From a virus (lineage: Duplodnaviria > Caudoviricetes), in the IMG/VR virus record IMGVR_UViG_3300042870_001240: a stretch of DNA of 64,000 bases. The stretch is one strand, 5' to 3'. Below are positions 28,278 through 37,892 of the stretch, piece after piece. Below the pieces are notes generated by a model. It ran no database searches, was not told where the DNA came from, and was given only the letters and a program-made list of their open reading frames with translations. Position numbers and translations under genes: made by a program. Numbering within the stretch: position 1 is the stretch's first letter; every line of letters begins with the position of its first letter.

Positions 28278-29336
28278 TTACATGTCTTTAGGAACGTAAA
28301 ATGACCCACCATTATCTTCAAAAGAGTGACCATTTGTTTTTAATAAGTTGTTTGGTGTGCCTTTTAAATTTATAAAAGCCAAACGTTTAAAGTCTTTTAA
28401 ATCAATATCTCTAAAATCAGCTCTTTCACAATCTAGTAATGCCATATAAGTAGTGTCTGATGGTAAATTTGATAATAAGTCAGAAACCTCATCCTTATCA
28501 CCGTTTTTTAAATATACCAGACCATTTTCCGCCCTACTATGGGAATTATCACTGTAAAATTCGGCATCTGCTGAACGAACTTGTTCATTAACCGATTTCA
28601 TTTTTTTAGTAACGTAAAATGACCCACTATCATGTTCAAAAGAGTGACCATTTGTTTTTATTAAGTTGTTTGGTGTGCTGTCTAAATTTATAAAAACCAA
28701 ATCATTAAAGTTGTCTAAATCAATATCGCTAAAATCGGCATATTCACAATCTATTAATGCGAGAAATTGAGTATCTGATGGTAAATTTGATAATAACTCA
28801 GAAACCTCATCCTTATCACCGTTTTTTAAATATCCTTTATACTTCCCGCTTAAGGAACTATCACCACGATATTCTCTACGAGCTTCAGTATAATCTTCGT
28901 CTTCTTGTTCATTAACCGATTTCTTTCTTTTAAATACAGGAAACTTTCCACCGTGTTCCTGAGAATATCCTTTAAACCATCTTCTTCCGTGTTCAGTATC
29001 AGGGAAAGTTCTTTGACCTTTTTTATATGGGTATTTTTCATAAAAAGCATCGAAATCGTCTTCATCCCATTCTTCAACGTCCATATCCGTATCATCTTCA
29101 ATATCTGATACATTATCATTTTTATCATAATAATATGATTGGGACGGTCTTACTTTATAGAAGAAATCATCGTCATAATTCTCTTCTTCTTGTTCATTAA
29201 CCAATGGTTTAACATTACCATGTTTAGCCCCCATCAACCTACGGAAATTTTCGGTCATAACTTTCATTCCACCTGAGTGTTGTTTAAGGATATTATTTTT
29301 TTCTTCCTTAGAAATGTTATTTAATAAATGTTTCAT
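28278..29336 (-). CDS. Modular protein with three VNEQ junctions and a tandem duplicated ~80-aa domain
   Basis: YLKNGDKDEVS.LLSNLPSDT...TPNNL.KTNGHSFE..GSFYV occurs twice. Confidence 0.8.
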   Translation of the reverse strand: MKHLLNNISKEEKNNILKQHSGGMKVMTENFRRLMGAKHGNVKPLVNEQEEENYDDDFFYKVRPSQSYYYDKNDNVSDIEDDTDMDVEEWDEDDFDAFYEKYPYKKGQRTFPDTEHGRRWFKGYSQEHGGKFPVFKRKKSVNEQEDEDYTEARREYRGDSSLSGKYKGYLKNGDKDEVSELLSNLPSDTQFLALIDCEYADFSDIDLDNFNDLVFINLDSTPNNLIKTNGHSFEHDSGSFYVTKKMKSVNEQVRSADAEFYSDNSHSRAENGLVYLKNGDKDEVSDLLSNLPSDTTYMALLDCERADFRDIDLKDFKRLAFINLKGTPNNLLKTNGHSFEDNGGSFYVPKDM

Positions 29337-29382
29337 ATTTTATTTTTAATTATAAATATACTCAATTAAATAAAAAATCACA

Positions 29383-29700
29383 TTATCTAATAATGTTGTT
29401 AATGAATAGTTTTACGTTAGGTACCCATTCTGAAACCCTATATTGAATCTCGGCTCTAATATTATCAAAATCTTCTCGTCCTGTGTTAGTATAAATGTCA
29501 ATATAAACAACAATCCCAACATGAGGAACAACTCTATCAATAACAATTTTATCTATGGAATCAACTTCATCCAACTCATCCATTTCACCTAATCCCCATT
29601 CTTGAGATTCCTCACGTATATTATCCAATTCGGAGTCAATCACATTTTGAATATGAGCCTGTAATTTATCAATTTGATTTTCCGTAATTATTATTTTCAT
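29383..29700 (-). CDS. MKIIITE leader-family protein
   Basis: Leader motif. Confidence 0.75.
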   Translation of the reverse strand: MKIIITENQIDKLQAHIQNVIDSELDNIREESQEWGLGEMDELDEVDSIDKIVIDRVVPHVGIVVYIDIYTNTGREDFDNIRAEIQYRVSEWVPNVKLFINNIIR

Positions 29701-30281
29701 TTTTTGTAATGAGTCATGGTTGGTTTATTACCTGTTCCTACTTTTGGGTCTTTCTTTTCCGCCCTTCTTTTTTGTTGAGTCATCGCTTTTTTCTCATCCT
29801 TGTCATATGATGAAGCAACCTTTGGTGTTTCAGATGAAACCTTTTTTGATGGACGACATTTTGGATACGCTTTACCGTCAGCATCTTTTCTTCCACAAGG
29901 TGGATGTTTACCATCGACTTTTTTACTTACATCAACCCATTTTTCTTTAAACCATCGTTTTAAATCCTCATTAAATGATTCTTTTTTTGGTTCAATCCCT
30001 TTTTTTTTCATATTAATAGCAATCGCCGCTTGTTGCGCAGGACTTGATGCCTCGTTTCTTTCTTCTGATTCATTGGTCGGTTTCTTTTTCCAACGACCTC
30101 CTTTAGATTTATATCTTTTAGCCGCAGCACCATTACAATAAGCGCTTGGACAAACTTTATATCTTGACCTTGCCCAAGCCAAACATTGTGACCAAAGTTT
30201 TGGGTTGGTTGGTTTATTTTCACCTTCGATTAGGAGTCCTTCCAATAATTTATATTGTTCTTCGGTAATTAAAATTTTCAT
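29697..30281 (-). CDS. MKILITE leader-family protein with basic Cys-containing modules
   Basis: PSAY.NG..A..YK..GG.W and EDLKRWFKEKWV..PCGR..YPKCRP modules. Confidence 0.75.
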   Translation of the reverse strand: MKILITEEQYKLLEGLLIEGENKPTNPKLWSQCLAWARSRYKVCPSAYCNGAAAKRYKSKGGRWKKKPTNESEERNEASSPAQQAAIAINMKKKGIEPKKESFNEDLKRWFKEKWVDVSKKVDGKHPPCGRKDADGKAYPKCRPSKKVSSETPKVASSYDKDEKKAMTQQKRRAEKKDPKVGTGNKPTMTHYKK

Positions 30282-30282
30282 A

Positions 30283-30675
30283 TTAGTCGTTTTCTTTTGT
30301 TACTGTTTTTATAGGTGTCTTCACAGGATAAGTATTATTGAACCATTCTTTTAATAGAGGTTCAAAAAGGTCACCAAACAATGATTTAATGGTCATAAAT
30401 CTACCTGACCCCATGTATTCGGTATATCTTAAAATAGGTAACTCAAGACCGTGTCCCCAATCACCTCTTTCATACTGAACTTGGAATATCCAATCATCAT
30501 TCTCCCAATCCATTTCTAAATCTTCATAATAGTTATCGACATTCGCATCAACATATCTATGTTTTTCAGAATCATAATAGTCATAACTCTTTTCGGCACT
30601 ATCCAATTTAGAATAGTCTTCCATTATAGATTTGAAGGAATTGAATAATTGTTTTTTTGTTAATTTATATTCCAT
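30283..30675 (-). CDS. Hypothetical protein (leader-like MEYKLTK)
   Basis: ORF track. Confidence 0.7.
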   Translation of the reverse strand: MEYKLTKKQLFNSFKSIMEDYSKLDSAEKSYDYYDSEKHRYVDANVDNYYEDLEMDWENDDWIFQVQYERGDWGHGLELPILRYTEYMGSGRFMTIKSLFGDLFEPLLKEWFNNTYPVKTPIKTVTKEND

Positions 30676-30680
30676 ATTTC

Positions 30681-31019
30681 TTAAAGGTTACTGTCATTAT
30701 CGTCACATCCTGAGTCATTGTCCATAATTACAACCAAAGGTTCAATAGGAAAAAAACTATCAATTAATTTTTCAATTTTATCCTTTATCCCGTTTTTTCC
30801 ATCAACAGAATAACCATTATACGAGATTAAAACATAATGAGAGACATAATGAGATTGTTCGTTATCTGGTGAGGGTATGACAAGAATATCACAAATTTTA
30901 TCACCATAGTGGTCTATAATAAGTTTCTCAACCATTGGGCAATATTTGTCAGAAACAACATTTCCCTTTGGGAACTTTGTCGCTTCTAATAATTGAGATT
31001 TAGTTACAATATATTTCAT
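30681..31019 (-). CDS. MKYIVTK leader-like protein
   Basis: ORF track. Confidence 0.7.
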   Translation of the reverse strand: MKYIVTKSQLLEATKFPKGNVVSDKYCPMVEKLIIDHYGDKICDILVIPSPDNEQSHYVSHYVLISYNGYSVDGKNGIKDKIEKLIDSFFPIEPLVVIMDNDSGCDDNDSNL

Positions 31020-32119
31020 ATATAATCAGTGAAATAGTCGTTTATATTTTTTTTAGTTGTCCCCCAATCAGGATAATCAGGGACTCTAAAACTTAACCAA
31101 TCATAATCACCATGGTTATCCATTAAAGTGGCAATAACCCCAACATAACTACCAAAATATTCCATAAAACTTTCGTTATAAGTACCACCCTTATTGTCGG
31201 ATAAGAAATCGTAAACAACTTGCGGGAAATCATTGATTTTAATATATTCGTGATAAATTTTCTTCCCATCGTATCTTTCTTTTGTATCTGTCTCCCAAGA
31301 CCCTGTAACAAAATAAGTAGATAACTCTGACCACACATCATTATAGATTTCCGTTTCGTAAGCACTGTTATAAGCATTATTGTGGATGGAATATAATTCA
31401 CTCTTTAAATCAGATAAATCACCTTTTAACATTTCTTTCATAGCACTTTCATCCTTGATTAACCTCATCACATTCTCTTTGGTTATTTGGAATGTTCCCT
31501 CAGTTCCTTGTTCTGTAGAAAAGGTATGAAATAACTCGTCATCATAATCCTCCAAAGAAAATTCCTGACCTCCAATGTGTTCAATAATATATTTGGACAA
31601 ATGTCCAAGGTTATTTTCATTTAACTCATCAATAACATCACTATATACATCGTCCGTAGTCTCCCAATATGGTTCCCATGAATCCTCACCCAAAACAGAT
31701 TTGGCATAATCATGAGGAGAAGTATCTCTACCACCACTTTCAAAAAGGTCGGCAAGTTCTGTTCTGTCTTTAACATACAGATAATAACCGCCATTCATAA
31801 CATAAACATCATTTATTAAATTATTAGTAATGTAATTTAAAGTTTCCTGAGGGTTTTTCTCTAATTTATACGATAACAATTCGTTTTTAAAATTGTCAGG
31901 AACACTATCGTAATCCAACTTATCTACTTTACCTAAACTATCTAAGTACGGTAACGCGTCACCAAATTCATCATGAGGAATATTATCCAATAATAATTCA
32001 TCGATAAAATCGTGTTTAGTGGCAAACCTTAGAAAAGTGATAATATCATTAAATAATGGTTTAATACTACTTTCATAGTCACCGTCATTAAAATCTGTAA
32101 TTAATTGTTCTGAATTCAT
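31016..32119 (-). CDS. Acidic hypothetical protein
   Basis: 367 aa; TATTTAT upstream. Confidence 0.8.
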   Translation of the reverse strand: MNSEQLITDFNDGDYESSIKPLFNDIITFLRFATKHDFIDELLLDNIPHDEFGDALPYLDSLGKVDKLDYDSVPDNFKNELLSYKLEKNPQETLNYITNNLINDVYVMNGGYYLYVKDRTELADLFESGGRDTSPHDYAKSVLGEDSWEPYWETTDDVYSDVIDELNENNLGHLSKYIIEHIGGQEFSLEDYDDELFHTFSTEQGTEGTFQITKENVMRLIKDESAMKEMLKGDLSDLKSELYSIHNNAYNSAYETEIYNDVWSELSTYFVTGSWETDTKERYDGKKIYHEYIKINDFPQVVYDFLSDNKGGTYNESFMEYFGSYVGVIATLMDNHGDYDWLSFRVPDYPDWGTTKKNINDYFTDYI

Positions 32120-32190
32120 ATAAGATAAATATATGAAGAAACTAAATCATCCTATTTGGTGGTTTAATTTATTATTCTTATATTTGTTTT

Positions 32191-32439
32191 ATGATAAAAG
32201 AAATTAAAAAATTTATAGGTGTTGCAAAATTAGACGAATTTGGAGGAAATTATATTTGGGGAATAGATAAAGACGGTGGTCATCAATTAATATCTGAAGT
32301 GAGAGGTTGGGGTGCCATCCAAAATATATTTAAAAACAAAGATGACTCCATTAACTTTGAAGATGCCGAACAATTCCAATATGAGTTAGGTAAATTTATT
32401 GTTGACGCTATAAATGAAAAATTAAACAAAGAAGATTAA
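32191..32439 (+). CDS. Hypothetical protein
   Basis: TATATTTG promoter upstream. Confidence 0.7.
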   Translation: MIKEIKKFIGVAKLDEFGGNYIWGIDKDGGHQLISEVRGWGAIQNIFKNKDDSINFEDAEQFQYELGKFIVDAINEKLNKED

Positions 32440-32440
32440 T

Positions 32441-32641
32441 ATGAGATTAAAAGTAAAACCGGAACCTAATTTTTTTGATAAAAAAACAATAATTGAATTC
32501 GCTTGGATTCCTATAAGGGTAGAAAATAATATTATTTGGCTAGAAAAGTATGAACGCACTTATAGATACACAAAAGACAGCGTTTGGGAATATTATTATT
32601 GGGAAGAGATTGATAAAAAATTAATAAACAAAAAAGACTAA
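32441..32641 (+). CDS. Hypothetical protein
   Basis: ORF track. Confidence 0.6.
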   Translation: MRLKVKPEPNFFDKKTIIEFAWIPIRVENNIIWLEKYERTYRYTKDSVWEYYYWEEIDKKLINKKD

Positions 32642-32644
32642 TTA

Positions 32645-33265
32645 TTACCAAGCTTTACACGACCAATATCCTGGCGTTGTCTTATCTTTCTTCTCGGAAC
32701 ATTTATGTCTTGCTCTAAATGATTTTCTATGTGAAGGGATATCACGTTTAATTTCCATATTTGGGTCACCAAAATTAACCTTAACAACATTACCCTTGGA
32801 GTTCTTTACATATACAGACCTTTTCTTTGGTCCATCAGGAGTATAGAAAGGTTTATTCAATGTAACCTTACGTCCCTTGTATTCTGATTCTTGAATGGGT
32901 AGAATTTCAACGGAACCATATTGGTCCTCATATATTTTCTTACCTTTAATGTTTGGTAAATAAGATTCTGACTGAACATCGGAATCATCACCTTTAATCT
33001 CATTCATTAAGAAATCAAAAACTTGGTCCATATTGTTCTTAGCTTCAGAAATATGGTCTTGAGCCCAATCATGTCCGTTATTTAATATCTCCTCAATTTG
33101 ATTTTCATCAAAGTCCAATAGATATTCACATTGTCTCTTCATCTGTTGTAGATTTGAAAAGAACATATAACGATTATTACCTTCTTCGGTCATTTCGTTT
33201 TCTTCAACAACTCGTTTAACAATACGGGTTAAATCAGATTCGGTTAGTCTTACTATTTTTTTCAC
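32645..33265 (-). CDS. Leader-family protein (GTG start, KKIVRLTESDL) with a C-terminal RKSFRARH.C..YWSC module
   Basis: Leader plus a module I recognise from T4-like phage hypothetical proteins. Confidence 0.75.
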   Translation of the reverse strand: MKKIVRLTESDLTRIVKRVVEENEMTEEGNNRYMFFSNLQQMKRQCEYLLDFDENQIEEILNNGHDWAQDHISEAKNNMDQVFDFLMNEIKGDDSDVQSESYLPNIKGKKIYEDQYGSVEILPIQESEYKGRKVTLNKPFYTPDGPKKRSVYVKNSKGNVVKVNFGDPNMEIKRDIPSHRKSFRARHKCSEKKDKTTPGYWSCKAW

Positions 33266-33340
33266 GGTATATATTTGTTTATATATAAATATCAAACAAA
33301 TAAAAAAAGGGAGTTAAGATATTAACCCAAAAAAAGAGAA

Positions 33341-33862
33341 CTATTCCTCCTCATCTTTATGGACATATTTAACGGAGACGGGAGCAATAAAACTCATATC
33401 AAAGTTCTCCAACTTTAATATCTGTTCATCAATGTCCTCACGAGTATGTAACGGAGCAAAATAAGGTCTTTCTCTGAACGGAACATTTTCACGTTCTTCC
33501 CATGCTTTAAGTTCATTCTCATATTCGGGAATTGAATTCTTAAGGTAGGTATACTCCATCCATATTTGATGGTCCTCAATAGATGGAACAAACATAACAA
33601 CACCATAGTTATCCAACTTAGATAAATCAGGGTTATTTGAATAGACATCAACGATACCTTCCTCACCATAATACTGATAACATAACTCTTGAAGAGCATT
33701 GAAATTATAGATGTCCCACGCTCTCCAATTACGTCCATAAGAACGAACCTTACAGATATAAAAATACCCATCCTTAAAATTGTGAATTATACTTGAAGAT
33801 TTGGATTGAACTTCAAGAAGTTCTTCCATACTAAGGTTTTTTAAAAAGTCGTCTATTTTCAT
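33341..33862 (-). CDS. Hypothetical protein
   Basis: TATCTTTG promoter at 33867-33874. Confidence 0.75.
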   Translation of the reverse strand: MKIDDFLKNLSMEELLEVQSKSSSIIHNFKDGYFYICKVRSYGRNWRAWDIYNFNALQELCYQYYGEEGIVDVYSNNPDLSKLDNYGVVMFVPSIEDHQIWMEYTYLKNSIPEYENELKAWEERENVPFRERPYFAPLHTREDIDEQILKLENFDMSFIAPVSVKYVHKDEEE

Positions 33863-33931
33863 ACCACAAAGATAACAAAAGATTTTGGATTAACAACAAA
33901 AAACCCCTCCGATAAAGGAAGGGTTTAATTA

Positions 33932-34441
33932 TTATAATTGATTTTTAAAATCACTGTATTCGTATGAAATTTTTCTTGGGTCAATTTCTGTCACATTAGC
34001 ACCAATTTTTTCAAATTGTTTTAATACCTTTTTGGCGTCATTTCTTGTTTCAGGTAATGCGGGATAGTCACCATTTAAAAAAAATTCAATATTATTTGAA
34101 TATTTATTAATATCAAATACTTTTGTAGCTCCTGTATCAACATCTTCAGTTGTCATCACAAATTCATTTTGATGATAACCTGCTCTTGGTGATTCAATAT
34201 TTACAATTCTAACTCTGTATGTTTGCTCATCCTGTTTTTTTACGACTATGGAGATTATATCCCTATCTTGATTTAAACCAAACTCTTTTCCATGTGATGC
34301 AAATCTATCGGCAAGTTTTGTATAACCTTTTTTATCAGCAATCTTAGAAGCTTTCTCATAGGTACTTTTATCAAGTTCACTAATGGTTTTCTTAACAATT
34401 CTAATTAAATCAGATTCCGTTAATCTTATAACTTTTTTCAT
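33932..34441 (-). CDS. MKKVIRLTESDL leader-family protein
   Basis: Leader plus TATTTAT. Confidence 0.75.
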   Translation of the reverse strand: MKKVIRLTESDLIRIVKKTISELDKSTYEKASKIADKKGYTKLADRFASHGKEFGLNQDRDIISIVVKKQDEQTYRVRIVNIESPRAGYHQNEFVMTTEDVDTGATKVFDINKYSNNIEFFLNGDYPALPETRNDAKKVLKQFEKIGANVTEIDPRKISYEYSDFKNQL

Positions 34442-34480
34442 AACAATTTTCTTTTATTATAAATATAACAAAACACCAAA

Positions 34481-34576
34481 AAAAGGGGGCGGGGGGGATT
34501 GACAACGACCGAAGGGAGTTCGGACGGTCTGGACTTATATTAAACAAAAAACCCCACCTGTATTAGAGAAGTGGGG
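34481..34576. repeat. ~95-bp structured intergenic repeat, copy 1
   Basis: Near-identical to 37303-37397; G-tract, CCGAA-GGGAG-TTCGG hairpin and CCCCAC..GTGGGG terminator. Confidence 0.85.
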
Positions 34577-34586
34577 TAGTATTATA

Positions 34587-35018
34587 TTATTTTTTTAATA
34601 TTACACCATCTTCTGATTTATTACTTGGATTATTATATATTGAATCAGAATTACTCACTATAACCCTACCACCATAAATTGTTGTTCCATCTGGTTTCAA
34701 TTCAAATGGAGATTCTTTTTGTCCTCTAATCCCATTGTTTTGTGAAATTATAACATATCCAGTGTCTGACCCATCATTTTTTGAAACCGTAGTCAGATTC
34801 CCACTTTGAGTTTCTGTGTAAAGTCCGAATGGTAATGTTATAGTATTAACCTCTTTATATCCTAATTTAAGATATTCTTTAACTGTGTTATCATACCAAC
34901 TAACACCATCAGGTGGGGCACCACCACCAGGATTACTATTTTGTTCATTTAATAATCGGCTCTCCAATCTTTGATTGGATTCCTGAATGTGTCTTATCTT
35001 ACTGTAACTTCTGTTCAT
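34587..35018 (-). CDS. MNRSYSKIRHIQESNQRLE.RLLNEQ leader-family protein
   Basis: 26-aa leader almost identical to that of 37467-37892; body unrelated. Confidence 0.75.
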   Translation of the reverse strand: MNRSYSKIRHIQESNQRLESRLLNEQNSNPGGGAPPDGVSWYDNTVKEYLKLGYKEVNTITLPFGLYTETQSGNLTTVSKNDGSDTGYVIISQNNGIRGQKESPFELKPDGTTIYGGRVIVSNSDSIYNNPSNKSEDGVILKK

Positions 35019-35258
35019 ATTTTTTGTTTATTATAAATATGTCTGAAAACAAAAACCCCAACCTGTATAAGAGATGGGGGGATTAAATAATAATCTTACC
35101 TTTGGCAAATCCAAATTCTCTAACTTTCAAATTTGATTTTGTTTTATACTTCTTTTTTAAGAATTTAACAAAATCCACAACCTGTAATCTCAAATCTTTA
35201 GGAAGTGAATTAATCTCAGATATTAATGTTGTATTTGTCATAACACAAATTATAAAAT

Positions 35259-35540
35259 TTATTTTTCGTCAGAGAACTCAATATAAACACTAATTGTATT
35301 TTCAATACCAATTGATTTAATCGTATCCCTAATTAAAGATTTAATATCTTCCCAATACTCACGACCGTTCTTAAGAAATGTATTACTATCAATTATCAAA
35401 AAAACATTATACACAATATTACGTTTTTTGTCTGTATAAAAACTCCGAGGATTCATTTCACTGGTAACCTCAACATCCTCGAACTCAGGATATTTCTCAT
35501 CCAAGACATATTTAACAATTTTTTTAATGTAATCTTCCAT
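35259..35540 (-). CDS. Hypothetical protein
   Basis: TATTTAT upstream. Confidence 0.7.
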   Translation of the reverse strand: MEDYIKKIVKYVLDEKYPEFEDVEVTSEMNPRSFYTDKKRNIVYNVFLIIDSNTFLKNGREYWEDIKSLIRDTIKSIGIENTISVYIEFSDEK

Positions 35541-35566
35541 AGTAATAAATATTATGTATTAGTATT

Positions 35567-36106
35567 TTAGATGGTAACATCATCTTTATGAGCAAGAACC
35601 TCTTCCACCCCCTCAATATCCTCTAAATAAGCACAACTAGTTGTATTTACCTTACAATTAAGAACCTCTTCAACCTTCAGTTGGCTATACGCCCATCCTA
35701 CGACAGTTGTGGTTACCTTACAGTTGAGGACCTCTTCCACCTGGCAATCTCCATTAAAATAGCCACACCGCGTTGTATTTACCTTACAGTTGAGGACCTC
35801 TTCCACCACTAGAGCGCGTGCTCGATTTATTACCAGCGTTGTATTTACCTTACAGTTGAGGACCTCTTCCACCCATTCGGACATAATCTTATCAAAATCA
35901 GGAGATTCCAAAGAAAAGAGAACAAAAAAACTCTTAAAGAAATCATATCTCCACCATAACTTACCCTCATTTTCATATTCAAAATACCAATACTTATTAT
36001 CTCTATCGATAAAGTATACACTGTCCTTATAAGAAATTATCTCGACCTTGGATAACTCCTTATAAAGTTTTTTGAATATAATATCTTTTAATCTATCTGA
36101 AACCAT
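35567..36106 (-). CDS. Repeat-array protein A: conserved N-terminal domain plus VEEVLNCKVNTT + 10 variable aa units
   Basis: Start MVSDRL after a TATATTTG promoter; paralog of 41453, 41993 and 52900. Confidence 0.85.
   Translation of the reverse strand: MVSDRLKDIIFKKLYKELSKVEIISYKDSVYFIDRDNKYWYFEYENEGKLWWRYDFFKSFFVLFSLESPDFDKIMSEWVEEVLNCKVNTTLVINRARALVVEEVLNCKVNTTRCGYFNGDCQVEEVLNCKVTTTVVGWAYSQLKVEEVLNCKVNTTSCAYLEDIEGVEEVLAHKDDVTI
35594..35873 (-). repeat. In-frame array A: 36-nt repeats with 30-nt unique spacers
   Basis: Repeats at 35838-35873, 35772-35807 (identical), 35706-35741, 35640-35675 and a partial ending at 35609; period exactly 66. Confidence 0.95.
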
Positions 36107-36154
36107 ATTACAAATATAATAATAATAAATGAAATAAAAAATAAAGAACACATC

Positions 36155-36463
36155 TTAACATTCATCGTTATTAAAATCCCAATATTCCATTATCCTTATT
36201 CTGAAGTTTTTCTTAACATATTCAATTAGATATTCTTCCATCTTTGAATATCCATCATCTTCCTCATTTTCAAAATAATGATATAGATAAGTCTTAGCCG
36301 TTGTTAAACATACATAATCATAATACTCTTGAAAATTATCGAAATTACAGATGAACTCATCCACCCCCTCATCAACAATGTCCCATATTAAATCAAAATC
36401 TTCCTCAACCCTCCTGAGAACATATATCAACATATTCTGTTGTTCAGTTATAATGTATTTCAT
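36155..36463 (-). CDS. MKYIITE leader-family protein
   Basis: Leader motif. Confidence 0.75.
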   Translation of the reverse strand: MKYIITEQQNMLIYVLRRVEEDFDLIWDIVDEGVDEFICNFDNFQEYYDYVCLTTAKTYLYHYFENEEDDGYSKMEEYLIEYVKKNFRIRIMEYWDFNNDEC

Positions 36464-36549
36464 ATGTTATGTATTAGTTTATACATAAATATACACATAA
36501 ATAAAAAACCCCACCTATAACAGATGGGGGGTTATATATAAGATATTTT

Positions 36550-37170
36550 TTATAAAAACTCCATCAAAATCTTCGCATCCTCAGACACAAGACGTTTTGT
36601 GTTGTTCTGAAGCAAATCAAATGATTCAAATGAAAACGGACTATCACCAACCCTTGTCATAAATTCAGATTCAACATGAGGCTTAAATTTACCCATCTTC
36701 TCAATCTTACCATATCCAGGATACTCAGAATTATTTGTCCCAATAAGATAATTGTTATCACCACCCTTCTCAATAATCATAACACTATCCTGACAAAATA
36801 ACTCACCAAGCTTGGTCATATTCGAAATAAAATTAGAATCGTCTTTAATATTAACAACAAAGAAACTTTCCTCATTAACCTCAATGGCGTTTTGCTCAGC
36901 AAAATTTTCAATATACGTTCCCTTAACTTTTGTAACACCATAACCAAGATACAATAAAGCAGATTTTAAATGACGATTCCTATTCTTGTTTATCCGAATA
37001 TTAACATATCCCTTGTCATCATCACCACCCAAACAATTTGTTAGACTTTTTCTATATGATGTTATAATCGAACATTCATGCTTTATCAAATGATTATACA
37101 CACGATTAATAGATGATTCATTTAATAATAAAGAAAATCGACTCATTAGGTCTCTCATTTGTTGACTCAT
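36550..37170 (-). CDS. Conserved phage protein (DUF3293-like) with LLNE leader
   Basis: ESSINRV..H....IITSYR..N..L...L...GYG..V.G.Y.E..E.SFFV..QDSV pattern. Confidence 0.65.
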   Translation of the reverse strand: MSQQMRDLMSRFSLLLNESSINRVYNHLIKHECSIITSYRKSLTNCLGGDDDKGYVNIRINKNRNRHLKSALLYLGYGVTKVKGTYIENFAEQNAIEVNEESFFVVNIKDDSNFISNMTKLGELFCQDSVMIIEKGGDNNYLIGTNNSEYPGYGKIEKMGKFKPHVESEFMTRVGDSPFSFESFDLLQNNTKRLVSEDAKILMEFL

Positions 37171-37216
37171 AGAATAAAAATATATTAATAAATACAAAGT
37201 TAATCAATATTTCAGA

Positions 37217-37275
37217 TTTTTCCCAAAAATTTTTTTTTATATATAGGGAACAATTTAGAACAGGGGGTCATGTTC
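37217..37275. repeat. ~60-bp imperfect repeat also present at 39224-39282
   Basis: tttttccc/agaaattt...atatag.gaaca.tt.aaaca.ggggtc.tgtt in both places. Confidence 0.65.
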
Positions 37276-37302
37276 TTAAAATGATAGGTGGTGCACTTAA
37301 AT

Positions 37303-37397
37303 AAAAGGGGGCGGGGGGATTGACCACGACCGAAGGGAGTTCGGACGGTCTGGACTTATATTAAATAAAAACCCCCACCTGTATTAGAAAGTGGGGG
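37303..37397. repeat. ~95-bp structured intergenic repeat, copy 2
   Basis: 40-nt core identical to copy 1. Confidence 0.85.
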
Positions 37398-37466
37398 TTA
37401 TTTAAAAAAGTGGGGGTCGTGTTTATAGGAAATAAAAAACCCCTCTGTTGGGAGGGGTAATATTAT

Positions 37467-37892
37467 TTACAGTTTATAATACTTACTAGCCGATTCGTTA
37501 TCAGGGTCAATTGGAATAGGTAATTCTTTACCTATTGTTTTATCGGGATAAGAAATTTTTACTTTTGATACGAAATTTTTATAAGCCTCCGCAAAGTCAC
37601 CACCACCGACACTAACAAGTACTCTACCTGAACCATCTCTTAAATCTATATATCTATCTTTTCCTGGCCCCAACATGTAAACACAAGATTTAAAACCAGG
37701 GGTTTCAACACCAGTACCATATGTTCCTGTCATATTATTACACAATGGTTTATTATATGTCGGTTTTAAAGTTGTATTATTAGGAGTGGCTCCCGTTGTA
37801 GTTTGGGTTGTAACTTGTTCATTTAACAATCGGTTCTCCAATCTTTGATTGGATTCCTGAATGTGTCTTATCTTACTGTAACTTTTGTTCAT
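37467..37892 (-). CDS. MNKSYSKIRHIQESNQRLE.RLLNEQ leader-family protein
   Basis: Leader plus TATTTAT. Confidence 0.75.
   Translation of the reverse strand: MNKSYSKIRHIQESNQRLENRLLNEQVTTQTTTGATPNNTTLKPTYNKPLCNNMTGTYGTGVETPGFKSCVYMLGPGKDRYIDLRDGSGRVLVSVGGGDFAEAYKNFVSKVKISYPDKTIGKELPIPIDPDNESASKYYKL

Noticed and set aside
34553-37460. CCCCACCTGTATTAGA..GTGGGG hairpin family as a novel repeat array
   Set aside because: Spacing is irregular and the hairpins sit at gene ends with A/T tracts, consistent with related intrinsic terminators.
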